A DNA stretch of 64,000 nt from Macrostomum hystrix (GCA_950097015.1 CATNEN010000007.1:6448001-6512000), one strand, 5' to 3'. Counted from the stretch's first letter, positions 25,211-39,376 are shown. The notes: generated by a model not told the origin, from the letters alone. Made by a program: numbers and translations.

Positions 25211-26204
25211 ACAGTCCGCCCTGCTTCTTTATCCAGTTATCCGCTCCGGGCCAAGTGGTCGCAGTGAAGGCTAGTAGTGAAATGCCCCGCCGCCGCCAGC
25301 CTCCGCAGCCTCCGCTGTGATGGATGGCAAACAAGGCTCGGCCAGACAGAAAGCGAATCTACGAGTACGAGCGTATAGCTAACAGCGAGTGCTTTGCATA
25401 GAGAGCAAAGCATTTGCCGGTCTCCGCCTGTTGATTTCCTCCCCAATCCCACACCAGCCGTGACCGTCGCTTTTTCCCACTTTCCGCGAAAGCCTTTCGA
25501 ATCCTCCAACCACCCCACTCCAGCCCCGGCTTCTGCGGTCTCGCGGACACGGAATTACAATTTGCACCGACCCTGCAGACACGCGCAGGTCGTTGCTTTT
25601 CTCCGCTCCTGAATTGGGGCCTGGGGGAGATGGGAAGGCCCAGCCATACCTGACATATTTTTAGCCCCAATAAATGCCGCACCGTTTTTCTTTTGTCAAT
25701 CAGACGACCGATTTAAGTAGTTGCCATGGCCGACACGCGGCAGAATCTGCGTGCTGGCGAATTAGATAGCATCGCCAGGAGGCCGGCAGGGGAGTAGGAA
25801 GCACGCCAGTTGTTGAGCCCTGTTCTCTCCTCAAGGCTCTCCGCTCTCAACTTTCTGAGAGATCATTCAGAGCTGCCCGCTGACGTCACATATTGAAAAC
25901 TCCGCCCCCGCTTGACAAACTCTTTATCGGCCTGGAGGCCAGAATCTCGATCGAAGAAAACAAATTCTGATTTCGAAGCCCGATATTAGATTGAGAGGAA
26001 AGTAGGGAGGGACTTGAGGGCCGCTTCGGCTTGGGAGGCTCGGCTCTAAGACGACTCACCAATGACTCAGCATTTTAAAGCAATCTGTTCGAGTCTAATC
26101 TGAAATAATGCGCGATGCGTCAAGGATGTTTGGACCAAAATAGTGTGCACCTATCTCACTACCCTGTGTAGGAAAATGTTGTGGGAAGCGGAAGAGACAG
26201 GAGA

Positions 26205-27750
26205 GTTGGAGACACTGTAGGAGAGTGTGAGAGACTGTAGGAGAGTGTGAGAGACTGTAGGAGAGTGTGAGAGAGTGTCAGAGACTGTAGGAGAGTGTCA
26301 GAGACTGTAGGAGAGTGTGAGAGACTGTAGGAGAGTGTCAGAGACTGTAGGAGAGTGTGAGAGACTGTATGAGTGTGTGAGAGAGTGTCAGAGACTGTAG
26401 GAGAGTGTCAGAGACTGTAGGAGAGTGTCAGAGACTGTAGGAGAGTGTCAGAGACTGTAGGAGAGTGTCAGAGACTGTAGGAGAGTGTCAGAGACTGTAG
26501 GAGAGTGTGAGAGACTGTATGAGTGTGTGAGAGAGTGTCAGAGACTGTAGGAGAGTGTCAGAGACTGTAGGAGAGTGTCAGAGACTGTAGGAGAGTGTCA
26601 GAGACTGCAGGAGAGTGTGAGAGACTGTAGGAGAGTGTGAGAGACTGTAGGAGAATGTGAGAGACTGTAGGAGAGTGTCAGAGACTGTAGGAGAGTGTGA
26701 GAGACTGTAGGAGAATGTGAGAGACTGTAGGAGAGTGTCAGAGACTGTAGGAGAGTGTGAGAGACTGTATGAGTGTGTGAGAGAGTGTCAGAGGCTGTAG
26801 GAGAGTGTCAGAGACTGTAGGAGAGTGTCAGAGACTGTAGGAGAGTGTCAGAGACTGTAGGAGAGTGTCAGAGACTGTAGGAGAGTGTCAGAGACTGTAG
26901 GAGAGTGTCAGAGACTGTAGGAGAGTGAGGGAGAGTGTCAGATACTGTAGGAGAGTGAGGGAGAGTGTCAGAGACTGTATAGGAGAGTGAGGGAGGGTGT
27001 CAGATACTGTAGGAGAGTATGAGAGACTGTATGAGTGTGTGAGAGAGTGTCAGAGGCTGTAGGAGAGTGTCAGAGACTGTATAGGAGAGTGAGGGAGGGT
27101 GTCAGATACTGTAGGAGAGTATGAGAGACTGTATGAGTGTGTGAGAGAGTGTCAGAGGCTGTAGGAGAGTGTCAGAGACTGTATAGGAGAGTGAGGGAGA
27201 GTGTCAGATACTGTAGGAGAGTGAGGGAGAGTGTCAGAGACTGTATAGGAGAGTGAGGGAGGGTGTCAGATACTGTAGGAGAGTGTGAGAGACTGTATGA
27301 GTGTGTGAGAGAGTGTCAGAGGCTGTAGGAGAGTGTCAGAGACTGTATAGGAGAGTGAGGGAGAGTGTCAGATACTGTAGGAGAGTGTCAGAGACTGTAG
27401 GAGAGTGTCAGAGACTGTAGGAGAGTGTCAGAGACTGTAGGAGAGTGAGGGAGAGTGTCAGAGACTGTATAGGAGAGTGAGGGAGAGTGTCAGATACTGT
27501 AGGAGAGTGAGGGAGAGTGTCAGAGACTGTATAGGAGAGTGAGGGAGAGTGTCAGATACTGTAGGAGAGTGAGGGAGAGTGTCAGAGACTGTATAGGAGA
27601 GTGAGGGAGAGTGTCAGATACTGTAGGAGAGTGTGAGAGACTGTATGAGTGTGTGAGAGAGTGTCAGAGACTGTAGGAGAGTGTGAGAGACTGTAGGAGT
27701 GTGTGAGAGAGTGTCAGAGGCTGTAGGAGAGTGAGGGAGAGTGTTAGAGA
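26205..27750. repeat. 20-bp purine-rich minisatellite (gagagtgtcagagactgtag) with higher-order variants
   Basis: Seen directly. Confidence 0.95.
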
Positions 27751-28529
27751 CAGTATTAGACGTTAATCAGTGGGGCATCAAGCCAGTGGAGAAATCCCTA
27801 CTACAGTATATTTTTTCAGTTTCCTTGTTTGCTTCATAAGCCGCTGCCTTCATTGTCTCACCCGCCGATGGGAAAAATGAAACCTGGAATTGCAACATGC
27901 CTTCAAAGAAGATGAAGAGTGTGCTGTTTGGGAGCCACTCTTGCCAACGGGGATAGAAAATAAGAATACAATGGCTTGTCTGATACACAAAGGAAGAAAA
28001 AGGTGACGAAGGTGATATTCATAAAAGTGCAGCAAAAGCAAATAGGCCCAGGCCGTTATCCACGGTTCAGAATCCAAAATAACAAGAAGATTCTCGCACC
28101 CAAATGGGGTTCATTGTCTAACAAATCATTCTTTGCTTTGCTAGGCGCCTAAAAAGACTCAGAGGACCCCCCACCCGGTCGGGCTGTCAGTCAGCTCAGC
28201 GCTCCGTTGCCGCCCCACTCCCTCCCCCCTGAGGTTGACCACATGGAGACTCCCCGTGGAGAGGTTTTTAATAAAGCAAAAAGGTGTGCTGCCTGTAGTT
28301 GTGTTAACAGTTGAGAACTGCGGTCAGCGGAGCCCCTGTGCCTCGGGCCCTGTTCGCCTTCCGTCCCCGCCTGACTGACTGACAGGCTCTGGTCACGCGA
28401 GCCCTCTGCATTATGCAAGACGGAAAATCGGAGAGTTCTGCACACAAATTTCAATACCAGACAGTGACTTGGCGAGGTCCCGTGGGTGAGCGTGGGAGCC
28501 GCACACGAAAGAGGTTAGGAGAGGGAGTA

Positions 28530-28898
28530 GGAGAGGATGTGGTGCAGTGGGAGAGGATGTGGTGCAGTGGGAGAGGATGTGGTGCAGTGGGAGAGGATGT
28601 GGTGCAGTGGGAGAGGATGTGGTGATGTGGGAGAGGACGTGATGGAGTGGTAGAGGATGTGGTTCAGTGGGAGAGGATGTGGTGCAGTGGGAGAGGATGT
28701 GGTGCAGTGGGAGAGGATGTGGTGCAGTGGGAGAGGATGTGGTGCAGTGTGAGAGGATGTGGTGCAGTGGGAGAGGATGTGGTGCAGTGGGAGAGGATGT
28801 GGTGCAGTAGGAGAGGATGTGGTGCAGTGGGAGAGGATGTGGTGCAGTGTGAGAGGATGTGGTGCAGTGGGAGAGGATGTGGTGCAGTGGGAGAGGAT
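28530..28898. repeat. 20-bp minisatellite (gagaggatgtggtgcagtgg)
   Basis: Seen directly. Confidence 0.95.
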
Positions 28899-29641
28899 TG
28901 GGTGGGAGAGGATTTGGGAAAGTGTTCAGTGCTGTGGGAATTTCTCCCTGTTCAGTCGCAGTGGGAGAGTCCAGCTGCTGCAGTGAAGATGTTGGATGAA
29001 AAATAGAAAAAGGCGGCAAATGTTCGCCACTTCACCGGCTGATTTCCCCACCGCTATTTCGCGATGGCAAATTTTCATTCTCATCTCATCATGCCATATT
29101 TTGCCGCTCTGGGAATATCCATTTCGATGATCACACACATTTTCTCTCCGCAAAAAAATCTGCCGCACACCAGAAAAATCCTCATTTGGGATCCTCGCCC
29201 TCGCCTTGATCACAGAAATTCACCGAAATAAATGATCACAGTCCCAGACCCGGCGTCTTGCTCGATCTCGCCAAAAAATTGCCTCGTCTCCTAAAAGAAG
29301 GAAAAGTGTTTTGCCACCTCTCAGCGCTCGTGCCAAGCAGAGCCACTCAATTCAGCTGAGCAAATGGCCCCGCAATTTGTGAGCAGCGGATTGAGATGGG
29401 AGGAGAGACCGTGGCGGACTTTTTTATTATGCCTTAACGCTGAAGTGGCGCAGTAAACACTACGAAGAAGCACTCAGGCGACCTGCCTTCATCAGCAATC
29501 ATAGCCGACTAACTGCGAGGGCACAGGAATGATCGAAGCCTGCGATCGACCGGCCGAACTTCCTCATCCTGTCTGCTGCTCACCGGAGAACTGTCAGAAT
29601 TCGCATCTTTTCACAGGCGGTCGCGTTTCAGAGTCGCATTC

Positions 29642-30025
29642 GTTTCCATAGCAACGCACTTAAACAGCATCACCCCTCCGTTTTGTAATCATAAATTGAT
29701 AGCAGAAAAACATTATTTTTTACAGCTGAAAGTGAATACACAATCGATAGATATGACAGGCAGGCTCAGCTGAAAAAGCAGCAGAAATGCAGTCTTACCA
29801 GGCAGCGGAAGCAGAACTTGTCCGGGTTGTTGGTGACCGGAAAGAAATTCGATCGGTGCTGCCGACCAAGTCTCGAACTCTGCTTTATTTGCCTATTTCT
29901 TCTCCTGCCTGCTTTCCGAAGCCTTCTGGAGCCCGCAGGCTTCTGTCGCTAGCTTTTAGCCGGGAATCTTTCTCTTTCGGGCTCTTGGCCCCCGCTGATT
30001 GGCTGTCCCCGCGAGCCAATCAGCG
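29642..30025 (-). promoter_or_regulatory. Candidate promoter: paired inverted CCAAT boxes, non-coding exon with donor, RFX X-box
   Basis: cgctgattggct/agccaatcagcg at 29993-30025; minus-strand donor G|GTAAGA at 29799/29798; GTTTCCATAGCAAC at 29642-29655. Confidence 0.35.
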
Positions 30026-30441
30026 CCCAGCAGCTGCCTGTCAGCTTTCTGGCCTAAGAGCTCTGCTCCGGCAGTTTTAATGGAATTGAAGAGAAAATCA
30101 AAAGACAAAATGAAATTGAGGGTAAAATGGGTTGGACAACAAACAAGCATAATGATTCTGGTCTTCTCTATTGATTTAGGAAACAGCACATTGTTGAAAT
30201 TGGTCCGCAGGTTTTTGTCTGAGCGGAACATTGCAAATTAGGCAGCAGTATTTGCGAGGAGTACTTTGCGTTAGAATTCCACTGCTCTTGTTTAAATAAG
30301 TCTTTAAATTTCGACCCAACAATTTCCGAACGATATTCGGCGGAAATGTTCAAACGATTCAATGACAATTAGTTCAATTTGATTCGTAAATACAGGCGAG
30401 TAGAACTTTTAGAGTTGCTTCGAAAATAAAGGTACAGCGAC

Positions 30442-32198
30442 TTTTAGGAGCTATGATCTTAAGAGCTATGGTTTTAGGAGCTATGGTTTTAGGAGCTATG
30501 GTTTTAGGAACTATGGTTTTAGAAGCTTTGATTTTAAGAGCTATGGTTTTAGGAGCTATGGTTTTAGGAGCTATGGTTTTAGGAGCTATGATTTTAAGAG
30601 CTATGGTTTTAGGAGCTATGATTTTAAGAGCTATGGTTTTAGGAGCTATGGTTTTAGGAGCTATGGCTTCAGCAGTTATGGTTTTAGGAGCTATGGTTTT
30701 CGGAGCTATGGTTTTAGGAGCTATGGTTTTAGGAACTATGGTTTTAGGAACTATGGTTTTAGGAGCTATGGTTTTAGGAACTATGGTTTTAGGAGCTATG
30801 GTTTTAGGAACTATGGTTTTAGGAACTATGGTTTTAGGAGCTATGGTTTTAGGAACTATGGTTTTAGGAACTATGGTTTTAGGAGCTATGGTTTTAGGAG
30901 CTATGGTTTTAGGAGCTATGGCTTCAGGAGCTATGGTTTTAGGAGCTATGGTTTTAGGAGCTATGGTTTTAGGAGCTATGGTTTTAGGAGCCATGGTTTT
31001 AGGAGCTATGGGTTTAGGACTATGGCTTTAGGAGCCATGGTTTTAGGAGCTATGGTTTTAGGAGCTATGGTTTTAGGAGCCATGGTTTTAGGAACTATGG
31101 TTTTAGGAGCTATGGTTTTAGGAGCCATGGTTTTAGGAACTATGGTTTTAGGAACTATGGTTTTAGGAGCTATGGTTTTAGGAGCTATGGGTTTAGGACT
31201 ATGGCTTTAGGAGCCATGGTTTTAGGAGCTATGGTTTCAGGAGCTATGGTTTTAGGAGCCATGGTTTTAGGAGCCATGGTTTTAGGAGCCATGGTTTTAG
31301 GAGCTATGGTTTTAGGAGCTATGGTTTTAGGAGCTATGGTTTTAGGAGCCATGGTTTTAGGAGCCATGGTTTTAGGAGCTATGGTTTTAGGAGCTATGGT
31401 TTTAGGAGCTATGGGTTTAGGACTATGGCTTCAGGAGCTATGGTTTTAGGAGCTATGGTTTTAGGAGCTATGGTTTTAGGAGCTATGGTTTTAGGAGCCA
31501 TGGTTTTAGGAGCTATGGGTTTAGGACTATGGCTTTAGGAGCCATGGTTTTAGGAGCTATGGTTTTAGGAGCTATGGTTTTAGGAGCCATGGTTTTAGGA
31601 ACTATGGTTTTAGGAGCTATGGTTTTAGGAGCCATGGTTTTAGGAACTATGGTTTTAGGAACTATGGTTTTAGGAGCTATGGTTTTAGGAGCTATGGGTT
31701 TAGGACTATGGCTTTAGGAGCCATGGTTTTAGGAGCTATGGTTTCAGGAGCTATGGTTTTAGGAGCCATGGTTTTAGGAGCCATGGTTTTAGGAGCCATG
31801 GTTTTAGGAGCTATGGTTTTAGGAGCTATGGTTTTAGGAGCTATGGGTTTAGGACTATGGCTTTAGGAGCCATGGTTTTAGGAGCTATGGTTTTAGGAGC
31901 TATGGTTTTAGGAGCTATGGTTTTAGGAGCTATGGTTTTAGGAGCCATGGTTTTAGGAGCTATGGTTTTAGGAGCTATGGTTTTAGGAGCCATGGTTTTA
32001 GGACTATGGTTTTAGGAGCTATGGGTTTAGGACTATGGTTTTAGGAGCTATGGTTTTAGGAGCTATGGTTTTAGGAGCTATGGTTTTAGGAGCTATGGTT
32101 TTAGGAGCTATGGTTTTAGGAGCTATGGTTTTAGGAGCTATGGTTTTAGGAGCTAAGGTTTTAGGAGCCATGGTTTTAGGAGCTATGGTTTTTGGAAC
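30442..32198. repeat. 15-bp minisatellite (ttttaggagctatgg)
   Basis: Seen directly; explains the MVLGA and APKTI pseudo-ORFs. Confidence 0.97.
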
Positions 32199-32862
32199 TA
32201 CGGTTTGATAGCTGCCGGTACTAAACACTGATGTCGTGTTTACTTTAGAATGGGGCTTAAAATCTCATTTTTTTATTTCGCCCGCAATTTTTCATCCATC
32301 GCAGGCTGGCTAAACTGAATGGCTTTAAAAATTTGGAGTGGAAAATGATAGTTCCCGCTTCGAAGAAATATGGCCCCCTAGGTTGAACAGGCCGGATGTT
32401 CCATGCAACAGATTGACCACACCCCCTGAATCTTCTGGGATTTCCCTCAATTAGAGTGGTGGGGAGAACAAGGGCCAAAAAATTCGAAACTATAGCCAAA
32501 GCCAGGGCACACAGAGGCAGGCAGTGCGACACTCGAGACAACTGTCTGTTCCTTGTCTGCCGTCCTCTTTAAGCCCACTTAGTTCGTAGCAGAGCGAATG
32601 CAAATATGACGTCCGCCGAGTATCGCCGCGCGGCCCACCGCCTCGCCTTCCACGGCAGCGAGGGGCGGGGCATCGGCCTGCCGGTCCGGTCATCTGCCAA
32701 ATTGGGCCCGACAGCCCGCGCCCCACTGCGCGGCTGGCGAAGGTCTTCAGCTGGCCTCCATCCAACCCAACCCCCGGCCTCTTCACTGAGTTGCGTCATC
32801 GGGGTGAGATCTGGGAGGATTCTGCCAGACAGTCAATCCCATGCTTTCCGGAGCTGACACAA

Positions 32863-33655
32863 TGTCTGTCCTGGGTGTCTGTCCTGGGTATCTGTCTGTC
32901 CTGGGTGTCTGTCCTGGGTGTCTGTCCTGGGTGTCTGTATGTCCTGTGTGTCTGTCCTGGGTGTCTGTCTGTCCTGGGTGTCTGTCTATCCTGGGTGTCT
33001 GTCTGTCCTGGGTGTCTGTCTATCCTGGGTGTCTGTCTTGGCTGTTTGACTGTCCTGGGTGTTTGACTGTCCTGGGTGTCTGTCTGTCCTTGGTGTCTGT
33101 CTGTCCTTGGTGTCTGTCTGTCCTGGGTGTCTGTCTATCCTGGGTGTCTGTCTTGGCTGTTTGACTGTCCTGGGTGTTTGACTGTCCTGGGTGTCTGTCT
33201 GTCCTTGGTGTCTGTCTGTCCTTGGTGTCTGTCTGTCCTTGGTGTCTGTCTGTCCTTGGTGTCTGTCTGTCCTTGGTGTCTGTCTGTGTCTGTCTGTCCT
33301 TAGTGTCTGACTGTGTCTGTCTGTCCTTGGTGTCTGTCTGTCCTTGGTGTCTGTCTGTCCTTGGTGTCTGTCTGTCCTAGGTGTCTGTCTGTCCTGGGTG
33401 TTTGACTATCCTGGGTGTCTGACTGTGTCTGTCTGTCCTTGGTGTCTGTCTGTCCTGGGTGTCTGTCTGTCCTTGGTGTCTGTCTGTTCTTGGTGTCTGT
33501 CTGTCCTTGGTGTCTGTCTGTCCTTGGTGTCTGTCTGTCCTGGGTGTCTGTCTGTCCTGGGTGTCTGTCTGTCCTTGGTGTCTGTCTGTCCTTGGTGTCT
33601 GTCTGTCCTTGGTGTCTGTCTGTCCTGGGTGTCTGTCCTTGGTGTCTGTCTGTCT
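32863..33655. repeat. (tgtctgtctgtcctggg)-type minisatellite
   Basis: Seen directly. Confidence 0.95.
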
Positions 33656-34286
33656 CAGTGTTTTTTCTATTATTTTATTTAAATATTAAAAACGGAGAGA
33701 AAACTACTCACAATTCTACTGCAAGTAGAATTTAGCCCTGTCGCTGAACATTTGCTCATGTCTAAAGCATTCCTGAGCGCATGATTAGCGTGACGTGGCT
33801 AGCGAATGAGCCGAAAAAAGGTAATTTTTTATATATTGCTAATCAGGAAGGCACGGATTGACAGAAAAAAGCGCCTTGTAGAAGCCCTCTGACTTCCTCC
33901 GGAATCTGTCAACTCTTGTGCTACATCGCACTGAGGCTGCATCAAGTTTAGCTTTGTGCACTCAGCTCGTCCGACGGTGCTTTGAGCACAGAATGAGTAC
34001 AGTTGACGTGCCAGAATTTCTAAAACAGCTTGATTGATTGATTGAAGCTCGCTCCGCCGCACTTCCGGGTCCAACCTGCCTACCTGTGGTGACGGCGAGT
34101 GTTTCGGGTCAGTCTCTGTTATCGGAGGCTATTTATAGACTTAGCAGGTGATATCTCACGAGTCCGCAATGTCCGAATGGCCTGTAGGGTCGAATCGCAC
34201 GACACTCTGCGGCTTATAGCCGTGATATTTATTTGCGTGCTGAACCAGCCCTTATTTTGCTGTTAAAATTCTAATAAAATTATCAA

Positions 34287-34390
34287 TGTCTTACAGATTA
34301 CACTGCAGTCTTACAGATTACACTGCAGTCTTACAGATTACACTGCAGTCTTACAGGTTACACTGCAGTCTTACAGATTACACTGCAGTC
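34287..34390. repeat. 20-bp tandem repeat (gtcttacagattacactgca), ~5 copies
   Basis: Seen directly. Confidence 0.9.
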
Positions 34391-34957
34391 TTACAGATTA
34401 CACTGCAGTCCCATATGGCTAAGAACACGATTTTAAACTTCAATGCCCAGAGCTTCCGAATGGATCTTTGGGGAGTTAACTAGGCACTCAGAGGATATTT
34501 GAGGATTAAGAGATCGGGATTAATTGCATCAGGGGTTGTAGAATCAGGCTAGACAAATCGGACTCTGCCTTACAGAATCGCGAAAGAAATGAAAAAGAAT
34601 AATTTAACAAAGTGGGGAAATCGCCTCCGGGTAGCGGGCACCAGGACTTGGTTCTGGAGCAGGACGGGCTTGTGGACCGCGACTGCGTGGGCGAATGTGG
34701 GGCTTCTCGCTAGCTGGCGAGCGGCAGGGCTGTCACTGGAAGAGAAAGAACTTTGACAACTGTGAATACGGAAATTGGTTGTCTGCGCGAGCAGTCTGAT
34801 AAATGCAGATCACACTTTTATTGCACTCATCACACTTTTATGGCCGGTGACTGTACCGAACTGTGCTTCACAGGACCTACCCTTATTTATGCTTGTACTT
34901 TAAAATATTATATGCACTTTTATTTAGAGTTTAGTGACTGCAAATAGCAGCAAAAGG

Positions 34958-36540
34958 CGTAGCTGGAATCGTAGCAAGAAGCGTAGTTGGAATCGTAGCT
35001 AGAAGCGTAGTTGGAATCGTAGCAAGAAGCGTCGTTGGAATCGTAGCAAGAAGCGTACTTGGAATCGTAGCAAGAAGCATACTTGGAATCGTAGCAAGAA
35101 GCGTAGTTGGAATCGTAGCTAGAAGCGTAGTTGGAATCGTAGCAAGAAGCATACTTGGAATCGTAGCAAGAAGCGTAGTTGGAATCGTAGCAAGAAGCGT
35201 AGTTGGAATCGTAGCAAGGAGCATACTTGGAATCGTAGCAAGAAGCGTAGTTGGAATCGTAGCAAGAAGCATACTTGGAATCGTAGCAAGAAGCGTACTT
35301 GGAATCGTAGCAAGGAGCATACTTGGAATCGTAGCAAGAAGCGTACTTGGAATCGAAGCAAGAAGCATACTTGGAATCGTAGCAAGAAGCGTAGTTGGAA
35401 TCGTAGCTAGAAGCGTAGTTGGAATCGTAGCAAGAAGCATACTTGGAATCGTAGCAAGAAGCGTAGTTGGAATCGTAGCAAGAAGCGTAGTTGGAATCGT
35501 AGCAAGGAGCATACTTGGAATCGTAGCAAGAAGCGTACTTGGAATCGTAGCAAGAAGCGTACTTGGAATCGTAGCAAGAAGCATACTTGGAATCGTAGCA
35601 AGAAGCGTACTTGGAATCGTAGCAAGAAGCATACTTGGAATCGTAGCAAGAAGCGTAGTTGGAATCGTAGCTAGAAGCGTAGTTGGAATCGTAGCAAGAA
35701 GCATACTTGGAATCGTAGCAAGAAGCGTAGTTGGAATCGTAGCAAGATACGTACTTGGAATCGTAGCTAGAAGCGTAGTTGGAATCGAAGCAAGAAGCGT
35801 AGTTGGAATCGAAGCTAGAAGCGTAGTTGGAATCGAAGCAAGAAGCGAAGTTGGAATCGTAGCAAGAAGCGTACTTGGAATCGTAGCAAGAAGCATACTT
35901 GGAATCGTAGCAAGAAGCGTACTTGGAATCGTAGCTAGAAGCGTAGTTGGAATCGAAGCAAGAAGCGTAGTTGGAATCGAAGCTAGAAGCGTAGTTGGAA
36001 TCGTAGCAAGAAGCGTACTTGGAATCGTAGCAAGAAGCATACTTGGAATCGTAGCAAGAAGCGTACTTGGAATCGTAGCTAGAAGCGTAGTTGGAATCGT
36101 AGCAAGAAGCGTAGTTGGAATCGAAGCTAGAAGCGTACTTGGAATCGTAGCTAGAAGCGTAGTTGGAATCGAAGCTAGAAGCGTACTTGGAATCGTAGCA
36201 AGAAGCGTAGTTGGAATCGAAGCTAGAAGCGTACTTGGAATCGTAGCAAGAAGCATACTTGGAATCGTAGCAAGAAGCGTACTTGGAATCGTAGCTAGAA
36301 GCGTAGTTGGAATCGTAGCAAGAAGCGTACTTGGAATCGTAGCTAGAAGCGTAGTTGGAATCGTAGCAAGAAGCGTAGTTGGAATCGAAGCTAGAAGCGT
36401 AGTTGGAATCGTAGCAAGAAGCGTACTTGGAATCGTAGCAAGAAGCATCCTTGGAATCGTAGCAAGAAGCATCCTTGGAATCGTAGCAAGAAGCATCCTT
36501 GGAATCGTAGCAAGAAGCGTACTTGGAATCGTAGCGAGAA
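34958..36540. repeat. 24-bp minisatellite (ttggaatcgtagcaagaagcgtag)
   Basis: Seen directly; explains the LLATIPTT pseudo-ORF. Confidence 0.97.
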
Positions 36541-37045
36541 GCCTAGCTTTATTCGCAGCATGCCAATGTTAGAATATTATCTAGAATCGCAGCAAGCAAA
36601 AAGGCTAAAAATCCAGAAGAAAATTTTCTGCGATACAAGGCTTCGAACAGTTAAACGTGTTGGGGAATAATGTTCTCGTAATTAGTTAACAACAGAAAGT
36701 TTTTCTATTTTCAATGAAATTTAAACCGGATACTGCCCCCAGCCGGTACCACTCATCACAGAATTCATCCGGCATTCAGCCCTGATGCGCTAGCTGCGAA
36801 TCTCGCTTTAGTTTTTATGAGGCTGAGTTTCCGAGAGCGAATGAGGAAGGGTGGCTAAAAATAGCACCAGTTCCTGGGAAATGAGGCAGTCAATCATGCG
36901 CGCGGACTTTTCAGTGGGGATAATGCGACTTTTCATAGAAACTGCGGCGGAACAATCGAGTTAAAAATAGACTGCCGAAGTCACGCCAGCGATTACGGGA
37001 AACAGCAATTCCAGTATGGAGATCACGGAGGATGTGCACTTTGAA

Positions 37046-38820
37046 TCCATCCCCAAGGGATAGATTAGCAATCCATTCTGGTACAATCCCCAAGGGATAG
37101 ATTAGCAATCCATTCTGATACAATCCCCCAAGGGATAGATTAGCAATCCATTCTGATACAATCCCCCAAGGGATAGATTAGCAATCCATTCTGGTACAAT
37201 CCCCAAGGGATAGATTAGCAATCCATTCTGATACAATCCCCCAAGGGATAGATTAGCAATCCATTCTGATACAATCCCCCAAGGGATAGATTAGCAATCC
37301 ATTCTGGTACAATCCCTAAGGGATAGATTAGCAATCCATTCTGATACTATCTCCTAAGGGATAGATTAGCAATCCATTCTGATACTATCTCCTAAGGGAT
37401 AGATTAGCAATCCATTCTGATACTATCTCCTAAGGGATAGATTAGCAATCCATTCTGATACTATCTCCTAAGGGATAGATTAGCAATCCGTTCTGATACA
37501 ATCCCCCAAGGGACAGATTAGCAATCCGTTCTGATACAATCCCCCAAGGGACAGATTAGCAATCCATTCTGATACCATCTCCTAAGGAATAGATTAGCAA
37601 TCCATTCTGGTACCATCTCCTAAGGGATAGATTAGCAATCCATTCTGATACTATCTCCTAAGGGATAGATTAGCAATCCGTTCTGATACCATCTCCTATG
37701 AGATAGATTAGCAATCCATTCTGGTACCATCTCCTAAGGGATAGATTAGCAATCCATTCTGATACTATCTCCTAAGGAATAGATTAGCAATCCATTCTGA
37801 TACCATCTCCTAAGGGATAGATTAGCAATCCATTCTGATACCATCTCCTAAGGGATAGATTAGCAATCCGTTCTGATACCATCTCCTATGAGATAGATTA
37901 GCAATCCATTCTGATACCATCTCCTAAGGGATAGATTAGCAATCCATTCTGATACAATCCCCCAAGGGACAGATTAGCAATCCGTTCTGATACAATCCCC
38001 CAAGGGACAGATTAGCAATCCATTCTGATACCATCTCCTAAGGAATAGATTAGCAATCCATTCTGATACCATCTCCTAAGGGACAGATTAGCAATCCATT
38101 CTGATACCATCTCCCAAGGGATAGATTAGCAATCCGTTCTGATACAATCCCCCAAGGGACAGATTAGCAATCCGTTCTGATACCATCTCCTATGAGATAG
38201 ATTAGCAATCCATTCTGGTACCATCTCCTAAGGGATAGATTAGCAATCCATTCTGATACTATCTCCTAAGGAATAGATTAGCAATCCATTCTGATACCAT
38301 CTCCTAAGGGATAGATTAGCAATCCATTCTGATACCATCTCCTAAGGGATAGATTAGCAATCCGTTCTGATACCATCTCCTATGAGATAGATTAGCAATC
38401 CATTCTGATACCATCTCCTAAGGGATAGATTAGCAATCCATTCTGATACAATCCCCCAAGGGACAGATTAGCAATCCGTTCTGATACAATCCCCCAAGGG
38501 ACAGATTAGCAATCCATTCTGATACCATCTCCTAAGGAATAGATTAGCAATCCATTCTGATACCATCTCCTAAGGGACAGATTAGCAATCCATTCTGATA
38601 CCATCTCCTAAGGGATAGATTAGCAATCCATTCTGATACCATCTCCCAAGGGATAGATTAGCAATCCGTTCTGATACAATCCCCCAAGGGACAGATTAGC
38701 AATCCATTCTGATACCATCTCCTATGAGATAGATTAGCAATCCATTCTGGTACCATCTCCTATGAGATAGATTAGCAATCCATTCTGGTACCATCTCCTA
38801 TGAGATAGATTAGCAATCCA
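37046..38820. repeat. 39-bp minisatellite (gatagattagcaatccattctgataccatctcctaagg-type)
   Basis: Seen directly. Confidence 0.97.
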
Positions 38821-39085
38821 CTGTGTAGTGTTCTATTTCGCAGTGGACACTGAGTAGATTTGACCTACTCAGGAAATAAAATCAAAGCAAGAAGCTTCAA
38901 GAAGCAAATGAATGGCTCATTGGTTAGTTGGTAGAGTTTATTTGCGCTCCGTGAAGTCGCCTCAATCTGAGGTTACAATTCATTGAAATGCGACTCTAAA
39001 GTACATTATTGGTGTCAGCTTCAGCGCGTCGATTTCCCATCGCTTGTCTCCTAGCGATGTGATCCCGTGGCCAAGCTGCCTCCCT

Positions 39086-39376
39086 TCACTCTTGCTTGGG
39101 CCAGCTGCAGCAGCAGAACCCTGTTGATTGGCCTCGCCGCCACATGCAGATGTTGGGCTGGCAGCAGTCGCTGTGCCGCCTACAGGGCGTGGTGAAGGCC
39201 TTCACCGATTCCCGCGGACTGCAGTTGGGCCGCGCCGAGGCAACAGCGGCGGCCAGGGCCTCCTCCGAGTTGATTGCGGAGGCCGCCGAAGTCAGGCTGA
39301 ATAGCGACGTCAGCAGTAGGACGGCCGAGCAGATAACGGCAAGCCGGGCGCAGGTGGCAAGACTGCTATTCGACAT
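39086..39376 (-). CDS. Small secreted Cys-rich (knottin/toxin-like) precursor, 96 aa
   Basis: MSNSSLATCARLAVICSAVLLLTSLFSLTSA (signal), Ala-rich pro-segment, then PNCSPRESVKAFTTPCRRHSDCCQPNICMWRRGQSTGFCCCSWPKQE. Upstream TATATAA, a 5'UTR intron (39452-39378, GTAAGT...CAG) and a downstream AATAAA (38942-38937). Confidence 0.75.
   Translation of the reverse strand: MSNSSLATCARLAVICSAVLLLTSLFSLTSAASAINSEEALAAAVASARPNCSPRESVKAFTTPCRRHSDCCQPNICMWRRGQSTGFCCCSWPKQE

Noticed and set aside
34931-36496. 521-aa LLATIPTT repeat ORF and similar repeat ORFs (18622-19306, 19838-20590, 30374-31717, 43703-45560, 52054-52812)
   Set aside because: These are stop-free readings of minisatellites, usually open in several frames or on both strands, with no signal peptide or splice context.
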